This document shows positions 38,557 through 46,931 of a DNA stretch of 64,000 nt, piece after piece. The stretch's first letter is position 1. The number at the start of each line of letters is the position of its first letter. Source of the DNA: a virus; UHGV virus genome UHGV-0072281. One strand, given 5' to 3'. The translations under genes were made by a program, and so were the position numbers. The notes beneath the pieces are model-generated. The model had not been told where the DNA came from, searched no databases, and was given only the letters and a program-made list of their open reading frames with translations.

Positions 38557-38955
38557 TCATCTTCCCGTACACGATTGCGAACAGCCACCATGACAGGTAC
38601 GACTACATGTACCTGTACATGTAGTCGTACATTGACCTATACATGTCCCCGTGCACCCACCAGAACATGAACTAGTACAACCTGAACATCCAGAACTACA
38701 ACCAGAAACACAGTTTGCTGAACATGAGGAACCACAACCTCCAGAAGCATTACCGGTACAACCACCAGAACAACTGGAGCACGTCCAGCTACAGCTACCA
38801 CCACAGTCGTAATGATTTTTAGGTTGCCCGCCAAATAGGTCGACATTATTCGTAGCCTTTCCACGAATATAGTTCTGTACTGCTCCAGTGTTTTTTAGCG
38901 CGGAAGAATCTATATTATCCAAGCGCGCTTTTAAAGAAGATAAACCAATCGCCAT
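38557..38955 (-). CDS. Cys-rich precursor-like peptide B (leader + long CxxxC-periodic core)
   Basis: 132 aa: ~50-aa leader then ~80-aa core with about 20 Cys at regular 4-residue spacing in G/S/T background, beginning DCGGSCSWTCS. Confidence 0.7.
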   Translation of the reverse strand: MAIGLSSLKARLDNIDSSALKNTGAVQNYIRGKATNNVDLFGGQPKNHYDCGGSCSWTCSSCSGGCTGNASGGCGSSCSANCVSGCSSGCSGCTSSCSGGCTGTCIGQCTTTCTGTCSRTCHGGCSQSCTGR

Positions 38956-39017
38956 TTTAACACCTACTGGTTCAGTGCCAGCTAAGGCACATTATAATTC
39001 ATTCTCTGTAAAAAATA

Positions 39018-39929
39018 TCACAATTTTGCCGGAATCCTATTCTTAGCCCCTACTACTCGTCGTATATAATCGTAAGCATCTAAGCCAACCTTTCTGGCTA
39101 AGTCACTACAGCCATGTTGCGTTACGATTTCAACGTTTTTTACTTGATTCTGGACACCGTCAGACTCGATACGTAAACAACGACTACATGTATTACAGGG
39201 TTCATCAAATAACGCGTTTAGCGTAAACGCGCACTCGCTTCGATTGGACGAATTCAGTCTTTCTATATTTTCCTGAATTCTAAAATACCCGTAAATAAAG
39301 TTCATAACGTGATCGGGAGATAACGGTTTTGGCATGTTTTTGTCCAAAACTAGCGACATCTCGCAAAAACCGTAATGGTAGATGTGATTATGTAGCGCAA
39401 TTATATCCTCATACCAGCGTTTATCACCGATACGTTCTCGTGTCAAGACTGCCCAGGTACGAATATTTTTCAATTCGTAAATTGTCTCCAACACCTCGTA
39501 TTGTTTTTCTTCGATAATCCGCATAAATGGACGCTCTGATTCTTTGAATCCGTCCATGCTAAAAAAGATGCTATCGAAACCCTTTAACAACGGTAGATGC
39601 GTTTTACGCATCTTTAAGCCATTGGTGTACAGGTAATGATCACAGCGAGGATACTTCTCCCTTATCTCTTCTATAAGGGCATCAATTTTACGCGAAGCGA
39701 GTAATGGTTCACCTCCCGACCACTGAATATTTGTGATGGTCGGGTTATTTTCCAGCGCCTCGATAATACTTTTCTTTTGTACTTCTGCGGTTGTATCCTC
39801 TCTATGCATGTAATAGGCTCCGCCGCAGAAACTACAGTCCAGATTACATTTGGATGTAGTAATAACATTTAACGTTCTTGGTTCAGAATACAATTGATCG
39901 GATACTGTCGGTGTGGTTAACTCTATCAT
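39018..39929 (-). CDS. Radical SAM enzyme (paralogue C)
   Basis: VITTSKCNLDCSFCGG, WSGGEPLL; immediately downstream of precursor C. Confidence 0.8.
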   Translation of the reverse strand: MIELTTPTVSDQLYSEPRTLNVITTSKCNLDCSFCGGAYYMHREDTTAEVQKKSIIEALENNPTITNIQWSGGEPLLASRKIDALIEEIREKYPRCDHYLYTNGLKMRKTHLPLLKGFDSIFFSMDGFKESERPFMRIIEEKQYEVLETIYELKNIRTWAVLTRERIGDKRWYEDIIALHNHIYHYGFCEMSLVLDKNMPKPLSPDHVMNFIYGYFRIQENIERLNSSNRSECAFTLNALFDEPCNTCSRCLRIESDGVQNQVKNVEIVTQHGCSDLARKVGLDAYDYIRRVVGAKNRIPAKL

Positions 39930-39953
39930 CAGTAATAGTACCTATCTGTTAAA

Positions 39954-40346
39954 TTAAGTCGGTCCTGAACAAGACGCACATGCGCCACTACATCCCGAGC
40001 TACAACGCCCGGAGCATCTACCACTGCATGTAGCGCTGCAACCAGTGCACCCACCAGAACACGTAGCGCTGCAACCAGTGCATTGATTACCGCAGGCGGA
40101 TGAACAGCTTCCAACACACACTGAGGTGCACGTACCAGAACAACTTGTACAACCATGCGTACAACCGTTCGAGCACGTCCAGCTACAGCTACCACCACAG
40201 TCTAATCGACCCGGTGTCCAGCCTGAAAAAGAATCTGCGGCATTGTGAGCTTTTGATGCAACCTGTGGATCGACGCGGGGTCCTGTCGCCATTTGATTCT
40301 CTACGTTGGTGATTCGATCGCGAACGTTTTTAACACTAATCGCCAT
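39954..40346 (-). CDS. Cys-rich precursor-like peptide C (leader + long CxxxC-periodic core)
   Basis: 130 aa: leader MAISVKNVRDRI...GRLD then core CGGSCSWTCS... with about 21 Cys; AAGGA RBS. Confidence 0.7.
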   Translation of the reverse strand: MAISVKNVRDRITNVENQMATGPRVDPQVASKAHNAADSFSGWTPGRLDCGGSCSWTCSNGCTHGCTSCSGTCTSVCVGSCSSACGNQCTGCSATCSGGCTGCSATCSGRCSGRCSSGCSGACASCSGPT

Positions 40347-40358
40347 TCCGTATCCTTA

Positions 40359-40400
40359 AAATAAAAAAAGAGGAGGACTACGCCCATAAGCATAGTTCCT
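40359..40400 (-). terminator. Rho-independent terminator (minus strand) after gene 40413-41618
   Basis: On minus strand: hairpin aggaggaact...agtcctcct followed by TTTTTTTATTTT. Confidence 0.6.
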
Positions 40401-40412
40401 CCTGTAATAAAG

Positions 40413-41618
40413 TTATTTCGTACCCGCTTCCGCCTGTACGTCATCACGAGACGTCAAGTTAGCGTTAACGTGTACTGGGGCCTGAACCACACCACCGTAT
40501 TTCTTGTGGAGATAACCGGTATGTGGGTTATCTGCCGCAATGTGGTTTTGTAGGTTCTGGTTCGCCTGACTGATTGCGTTCGTGTTGTTAGCAACTTGCT
40601 TTTTGAGCGCATCCAGGTTCTGTTGTAACTGATCGATTTTCTGATCGGTTTCTTGACCCTGTTGCTCTAACGCGTCAACACGCTGAATAACCTGATTCAG
40701 TTTCGTGTTCAAATCGTTAATGCTCTTTTGCAGCTGTAACACTAACGAGTTCAGGTTCGCTAACGCTAAAGCCATTTTCTGGTAGTTTTGAGCAACCACG
40801 TTAAGTTGGTCGTTCCACGCTTCCAGAGAGTTGACAACAGCGTCAATACGCTTACCTAAAGCTTCATCTGCTTTCTTCAGTGCATTGATTTCCGTAATCG
40901 TTGCGTCGATAGCAGACTGGACGTCACGAATAAGCGCACGGATTTCAGTTTCTGTTAACCCGTTAACCTGATGAATATCAAGATGGTGAACGTTACCGGT
41001 TGCGTTAATGTGTGCATTTAAAGCGTCTAAGAAGTCATTTTTCAGGCTTTCTAAAATCGCTTTAATGTTCTCTAACTGTACCGCGTCACCAGAACTGATC
41101 GCATCTTTAATACCCGCCAATACGGTAATGATATATTCAAAACCGTAAATATCACCTACGTCTTTATACGTCGGTGCAGAAGGGAATGTATCTGGTACGT
41201 TACGCAGGTCTTTAAACGCAACCGTACGGTTATCGAGGTTTAATTCAGCAATCGCCTGTTCGATAGCCACGATGTTCGCAGACTGTGGGCCACCAACGAC
41301 CTGCGCAGATACCGTAATATCTGTTGGAATCGCTGTGTTAGTGACCACCACCGCCATAACAATCTCGCGGTTTTTAGTCAGCTTTTCATAAGTCGGGTGT
41401 GCAAAAATCAACTCATAATCGGTACCACGTTCGTAGGTTGCATCCGGTCGGTTAGCAACGCGTAAACGGAACGTGTCCGCAAAGAACGGGCCGTCAGGAA
41501 AAGCAAAAGCACGGTTTACTTTACCTGTACCTAACGTAATCTGACGCTCCACAGCGTTAGACGTTAGCGAGCCCGTTAAATCTAAAGGATATTGATAAAC
41601 AATGGAGGCCATGGCCAC
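40413..41618 (-). CDS. Fibre-like structural protein with N-terminal shared anchor module and coiled coil
   Basis: 401 aa; N-terminal block (FPDGPFFADTFRLRV...GTDYEL) shared with the three giant proteins upstream; long heptad-like segment; C-terminal NPH motif. Confidence 0.6.
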   Translation of the reverse strand: MAMASIVYQYPLDLTGSLTSNAVERQITLGTGKVNRAFAFPDGPFFADTFRLRVANRPDATYERGTDYELIFAHPTYEKLTKNREIVMAVVVTNTAIPTDITVSAQVVGGPQSANIVAIEQAIAELNLDNRTVAFKDLRNVPDTFPSAPTYKDVGDIYGFEYIITVLAGIKDAISSGDAVQLENIKAILESLKNDFLDALNAHINATGNVHHLDIHQVNGLTETEIRALIRDVQSAIDATITEINALKKADEALGKRIDAVVNSLEAWNDQLNVVAQNYQKMALALANLNSLVLQLQKSINDLNTKLNQVIQRVDALEQQGQETDQKIDQLQQNLDALKKQVANNTNAISQANQNLQNHIAADNPHTGYLHKKYGGVVQAPVHVNANLTSRDDVQAEAGTK

Positions 41619-41652
41619 TCTCCTTTATTCGAGACGTCCTTGTCCCGAGTCA

Positions 41653-44600
41653 TTAAGATGTAAACATAAGATTGAACTGGAGTTTGTCGATATCGCGAGT
41701 TTCTGCTGGATTCACGCCGTCGTACGCGGTCGCTACGTAAACCGTTAGCGTACCGTCAGCGTACGAGGATATTACCGGTGGGTTAGTTCCGGTCTGACCA
41801 TCTCGCACAATGAGTGCAGGCTCGCTGGGAAGATTATCAAACTGCCCTTTAACCGCTTTGTATACCAAACCGGACTGTGCAGATAACTCCGTGTCTGTGT
41901 ACACACAGAACGGTGTATCGATGTCAGCTTGTTTGATAGTGGTACCGGATTCGACATCAACCAACTGTACTGCTCCAAACTTCGTGCGATAACTTTCATA
42001 TTCGTTCTTCGGAATAACAAAAGTAACGTGAACACGAACTTCTTCAGCGGGCTTAAAGCCAGTATGTTCTTTTTCCAAATACTGGTTGGCTGATAGTGTC
42101 ACTTTTTGTTCGGCCATCGAACCACCTGCCTGATTTATTCCGTACCGGGCTTCAACAATACCGGTTGGTGCAGCAAGTCGCAATTTCAGAGTCCGATTCG
42201 CCGTTCCTGGATTACCTGGCACTTGAACGCGCAAACTCAATGCTAAGTAAGCATACGTTCCGGTAGTCGGTTTCGTATACGCACCTATCCATTTCATGTT
42301 CGCAGACGCTGCCTGCGTGTTCTCAGAAGCAATGGCTGTCGTAATGTTAGCAGCTACCGCTTTCTGCCAGAATTGGTCGGCGCAGTTCTCATACGCTACT
42401 CTGGCCACGCTCTTATAACCCGAATACGTTTCCTGAATTGGTAACTTAGGACGCGTCGTGATGCCAGACAATGAACCCCATTTTTGACCGTCAACATACC
42501 CTTCGCCCTTCGACGCAGCCGCCGTAGGTGCTTTAACGGGCTTGTTAACCAGGGTTAATAGAGGACCCGTCTTTCTGTCAAACGCTGCTGCTACATCGTG
42601 TTGGTCGATAATTGCTGCGTGGTCTTCCAGCTCTTTCACACGACCCAAGCGTTTTACTTTGTCGATACTGATATCAGTAATACGGCTGGAATCGGTGGTT
42701 ACTGTCCCGACGAACAGTCTCGTTGAAGTATCGGCTAACTGCTCCAAACCGATGCGGTATTGTGCGGTAGAATCCGACACCTCAGCGTGCACGTAGAACG
42801 TCTGGTTAGCGTGATTGGACGGGAACTCGCTGCTTAAATCCACAGACCACGTTGGGAGTGTGTAGCTGCTGCTACCGAAGTCTAATTTGACTTCTTCTGT
42901 CAAATACAGAATCCAACCTTCCGCTGTCTCCACACCAGCAATAATAACCGCCTGACCACCGGTTGAGAACGTCGTGTCGTTAACGAACTCTGCGGCTGTA
43001 TACGCGTTACCTGAACAGAAAACACGGTCAGCTTTAGAGAAAATCAACGCCATCTTGTCCCAATTACCGGCACCCATATAGCATCCAGATTCTGGGTTAT
43101 GCGCAGGAGCCATCTGACGTAACTGCGACTTACCAGGAACGCGAGACCAACCTGAACCTGGGTCGTAGGTATACTTCGCGGCGTAACCTAGTGCGTTTAA
43201 GTCCCCGATATTTCGGATAGTTAACGTATAAGGTAGCCAGATACCGAAGTTAGTTCCATCCGCAGAAGCGAAAATAGGCTGTCCGACGCGACGGGTCTTA
43301 TTACCAGCCTCCTCTCTTAACGACTGATAACTTAAACCGTAGTCTTTATCCAGGAACCAATCCACCAACTTAAAGTTAGCGGAGTTGAACCGTAAGTAAC
43401 CATTCTCTTTAGATGGACTCACCATGAAGTAATAGATGTCAAGAATTCGACGACCGTTACTTAAGGTTTTCATGCACGAAACTTGCAACAAGTCAAATTC
43501 GCACACGGTGTTGATACCCAACATCCAAAGAGCAAACAATGCATTACCGGTTTGATGGGCAGCACTAATACGTTCGTTCGCGTATCCGTTCGCTTGGCCA
43601 GAAGGTGCACCGTCAACGATCATCCGAATCATTTTCTGTCGATCGGCTTCTTCTAGCGTTAAGCGTTCGGAAGACAACGCGAAGTTACCGTAGATGTTAC
43701 GATACGGGAACGTTTCTGCTTTGGTCAAATACCAACCGTTTAACTGTCCGTGACGCTCCTCAGGAGTCATGCACGCAGCCATACAGCTAAGCTGCTCATA
43801 TAGCGTTGGATCGACTTCACGACGGTTGTTGTTCGGACCGTATCCGCTATAACCCGGAACATCGTAAGGTTTGTTCGGATCAACTTCTACTTCGATGGTG
43901 TAACGGTTACGTGGGTTAGACATCCACACTTTGTTCGAACCACCAATCCCAACAGGATGGGAAAGACCAATGGTATAAATAGAACCACGACCTTTATCCC
44001 AGGTAAACGTTCCTTCGCCTGAGGTATTGTTTGGGTTATCGTAACGCAGATAATCGAAAAATTCTTTGCCTTGTGTTCCTTTAATAGAAACGTTAGGCAT
44101 TTGGTCCGCGTCGTTAATCTGCCAGCAGGAAAGCATCATTCCTGTTCCATTAGGCTTAGCGTACGTTGCAAAACAACGATTGTTTGCTTGACCACCGCCC
44201 CACTTACGGCTGGTTTCTACAGTTGAACCATCCGCGAAAGAGAGTGTAGTAGCATCAGCCTTGATGGGAAAGCGTTCGCGGCCTTCTAACGTAACCTTGC
44301 CCGTCGACGTATCGATTGTAAAACTTGTTGCCCACTGACGAAAGTTAATTTGTGAGCTGTCAGCCGCTGCAAACCACACAGTAGGCATATGGTTCACACG
44401 AATCACGCCGTCGCGCACTGCACAAGCATGGTTACATTCTGGACCGTGAACAAAGTTGCAACCAATTGTCCATTTAGCCCGTGCTTCCGGCGTCAAATAC
44501 GTAAAGAACTGACCCGTTTGTGACTCTTCGGTTTTCTGGCCAATGCGTAGGCAGAGGTTATCTCCGAATTGTCCCATCTCCCCGTTTAGTGTTACGCGTT

Positions 44601-46836
44601 CAAACTCCAGCGTGGTGCTAGTAGACAAATCGTCCTTACGTAGACGCCAAGCTGCTACTGCGTAAGCAGAGTTATTTACCGTAGAGCGGAGAAGATAAAC
44701 GTAATCCTCAACCAACACAACATCATCGGCTTCTGGCCACGGATTCCAGGTTTGTTCCACAGTACCGCTGGGGTTGCCGTTACGGTACACGGGCATCGTA
44801 ACGCGACATACCACCGTGTGTTTAGTGTGATCCATCGAACCATTAAACAACACCAAATAACGGTTATTATCAGAACCCAGACAAATAATCGCTTCCTGAC
44901 CACCGATCAATATAGCTTTCAGGGTCACTCCAGGATATTTACTCATCCCGGCAGGGTGATATTTCACTGAGGTCTGCTGCGGATTTACAAACGCGTTTGA
45001 CGTGTTAATGTCAGCATAGCCGTAATAAATGGCTTCTGTACCCGGTACGCCGTTAGAACCGTTACGGAGCGAATAAACCTTACCCTGCTGATACCCAACA
45101 ACCCCTTTTTGATAAGACTGGTTTTTGGTATAACCCGAATAGTTACCTAGCGCTGGGATAGGTAAGAAGTTCTTGTTACCGAACTTCGCACCACCTACCG
45201 TCCACGCCGGTAAGATGGTATTCAGTTTATCAGAGACTTTCTTAATCTCTTTTGCGAACAGCCACCCTTGACGCGACGTGACAGCTTTATCGTTAGTAGT
45301 GTCAATCGCATCCCAGAGCTGCAAGATACCGTCAACCGATGCACTACCAATTGGAATGTTATCCAAGTCAGCAGTGGTGTGTGTATGCGTCTTCAAACTC
45401 TTGTTTTTCAACACGTTCGTTAACGCTTTCGTCACCGGCTTAGCACTTGGCGTGGTGTTATCCATCTTATCGGTACCGAAATCGGTTTTCGTTAAGGTTA
45501 ACACCATACTGTCGCCTACCTTAACAAACCCTTTACCGTTAACGGTATAGTCATCGTCAACGTACAGGTCCAAGCGGTCTTTTAATTCGGTTACGGCTTT
45601 CTGGGAGATAGCAGTACCTAACGCCGCAGACGTGGAGATATTCGTAATCGAGAACAACCCATAAACTGATTCGGTCGCTGTGGGAATATTCGCGTTTAAC
45701 GTAACCGGGTTAGTCTGTTTTGCGGTACCGTACGGTTTTACAGTGTCTGACGCTTTGAAATACGCGTTTGCTTCGAGCAACGTTACTGACGTCAGGTACA
45801 TGTTCACCATTTCTGGCGTAACCAGATACACGGAGTTATAAACCGGCGCTAATACATCCTGTTCTGACCCCGAGTGAACCCAAAGCGTATTCAGACCCGC
45901 ACTGAATTCAACCGCTAAACCTGATTCGTTGTTGTCCTGGTCTGCTTTAATCACCAACGGTTGTGGCGAGGTAATTAACCACTTATCACCGCGAATACTG
46001 ATGATGTGGCCACCTGACGTTTTAAACGTTAATTCAATACCGTTAGTAGTGCCCCATCGACCGTAAACAGTACCGAGGGCTTCACCCATTAACTGGTCAA
46101 CGTCTGATTGCTCAATACCCGCTGAACCCATCAGCGTAGCCAACTCGTCAATCGTCAACCCAAACGCTTTTGTAGCGTCAACAGCGCGGCCTAATACCGG
46201 GAGAGCAGCAATGTCGTCAGTGGTATAATGATGAGCGTTAGGATTCCGGTGGTGTTGGTATAACTCTTCGTCGAAAACCTTTTTACCGTTCTCGTAAATC
46301 AGGTTAGTAACTTCACTAAACGCAGCATCTAACTCTGTAGAACGCTTAATGATTTTCTTACGAATGTCTTCTAACGCCTTAACAACCTCATCTCTCAGAA
46401 TAGCTTCTTCTAAGTTAGCAGGCGGGTCGATTGGTTGAATAACCGGCGCATACGCCATTAGTTCAGACCAGTCCACGTTACGTGGGTCTTTCAGGTCAGT
46501 ACGAACTAAGAACTTCCCGATTTCAGATTGCGGTACACGATATTGACGTGCTACCCCTAAAATCTCATATTCGATTTCTGTTGCAGTAAGCAACATAAAC
46601 CCGCCGTAAATCTGATCTTGTTCAGCTTCTGCGAGTTCTTTAAAGTAATAGCCTAAATAGTAGTCCAACCCCTCAATCAGAGTACGACGTCCGTTAGGCG
46701 CGGTATCGTCGGCTACTGTGAGTTTTAATCCGATACGATAAAAAGGTCCTTCAGGTGGAATGACCACGTTAAATCGGTTAGGGTACGTTGCTGTGCTTAG
46801 CGTACCGTTAAACTGCGCCGCGTCTTCTCTCGGCAT
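41653..46836 (-). CDS. Giant tail fibre / tail spike-like structural protein
   Basis: 1727 aa; N-terminal block PPEGPFYRIGLKL...GLDYYL homologous to neighbours; AGGAG RBS. Confidence 0.65.
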   Translation of the reverse strand: MPREDAAQFNGTLSTATYPNRFNVVIPPEGPFYRIGLKLTVADDTAPNGRRTLIEGLDYYLGYYFKELAEAEQDQIYGGFMLLTATEIEYEILGVARQYRVPQSEIGKFLVRTDLKDPRNVDWSELMAYAPVIQPIDPPANLEEAILRDEVVKALEDIRKKIIKRSTELDAAFSEVTNLIYENGKKVFDEELYQHHRNPNAHHYTTDDIAALPVLGRAVDATKAFGLTIDELATLMGSAGIEQSDVDQLMGEALGTVYGRWGTTNGIELTFKTSGGHIISIRGDKWLITSPQPLVIKADQDNNESGLAVEFSAGLNTLWVHSGSEQDVLAPVYNSVYLVTPEMVNMYLTSVTLLEANAYFKASDTVKPYGTAKQTNPVTLNANIPTATESVYGLFSITNISTSAALGTAISQKAVTELKDRLDLYVDDDYTVNGKGFVKVGDSMVLTLTKTDFGTDKMDNTTPSAKPVTKALTNVLKNKSLKTHTHTTADLDNIPIGSASVDGILQLWDAIDTTNDKAVTSRQGWLFAKEIKKVSDKLNTILPAWTVGGAKFGNKNFLPIPALGNYSGYTKNQSYQKGVVGYQQGKVYSLRNGSNGVPGTEAIYYGYADINTSNAFVNPQQTSVKYHPAGMSKYPGVTLKAILIGGQEAIICLGSDNNRYLVLFNGSMDHTKHTVVCRVTMPVYRNGNPSGTVEQTWNPWPEADDVVLVEDYVYLLRSTVNNSAYAVAAWRLRKDDLSTSTTLEFERVTLNGEMGQFGDNLCLRIGQKTEESQTGQFFTYLTPEARAKWTIGCNFVHGPECNHACAVRDGVIRVNHMPTVWFAAADSSQINFRQWATSFTIDTSTGKVTLEGRERFPIKADATTLSFADGSTVETSRKWGGGQANNRCFATYAKPNGTGMMLSCWQINDADQMPNVSIKGTQGKEFFDYLRYDNPNNTSGEGTFTWDKGRGSIYTIGLSHPVGIGGSNKVWMSNPRNRYTIEVEVDPNKPYDVPGYSGYGPNNNRREVDPTLYEQLSCMAACMTPEERHGQLNGWYLTKAETFPYRNIYGNFALSSERLTLEEADRQKMIRMIVDGAPSGQANGYANERISAAHQTGNALFALWMLGINTVCEFDLLQVSCMKTLSNGRRILDIYYFMVSPSKENGYLRFNSANFKLVDWFLDKDYGLSYQSLREEAGNKTRRVGQPIFASADGTNFGIWLPYTLTIRNIGDLNALGYAAKYTYDPGSGWSRVPGKSQLRQMAPAHNPESGCYMGAGNWDKMALIFSKADRVFCSGNAYTAAEFVNDTTFSTGGQAVIIAGVETAEGWILYLTEEVKLDFGSSSYTLPTWSVDLSSEFPSNHANQTFYVHAEVSDSTAQYRIGLEQLADTSTRLFVGTVTTDSSRITDISIDKVKRLGRVKELEDHAAIIDQHDVAAAFDRKTGPLLTLVNKPVKAPTAAASKGEGYVDGQKWGSLSGITTRPKLPIQETYSGYKSVARVAYENCADQFWQKAVAANITTAIASENTQAASANMKWIGAYTKPTTGTYAYLALSLRVQVPGNPGTANRTLKLRLAAPTGIVEARYGINQAGGSMAEQKVTLSANQYLEKEHTGFKPAEEVRVHVTFVIPKNEYESYRTKFGAVQLVDVESGTTIKQADIDTPFCVYTDTELSAQSGLVYKAVKGQFDNLPSEPALIVRDGQTGTNPPVISSYADGTLTVYVATAYDGVNPAETRDIDKLQFNLMFTS

Positions 46837-46931
46837 CGTAAAGACTCCTACTTTTTAAATAAAATGGATACCCCTCCCCATTACAGGGAGGGGTTACCTA
46901 CGGACACACAACTGCCCGCAGGCAGCCTGTC

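Noticed and set aside
38637-40312. Alternative-frame ORFs overlapping the Cys-rich peptides (38637-38864 minus, 39929-40198 minus, 40100-40312 plus)
   Set aside because: Frame artefacts of the repetitive Cys/Gly/Ser codon tracts (they read as Val/Leu-rich); the Cys-rich frame has the RBS, the conserved leader and synteny with the radical SAM genes.
38344-40346. Cys-rich ORFs as metallothionein-like or keratin-like low-complexity proteins
   Set aside because: Kept only as an alternative: three copies share a conserved non-Cys leader and each sits beside a radical SAM enzyme, which fits enzymatic modification better than simple metal binding; needs experiment.
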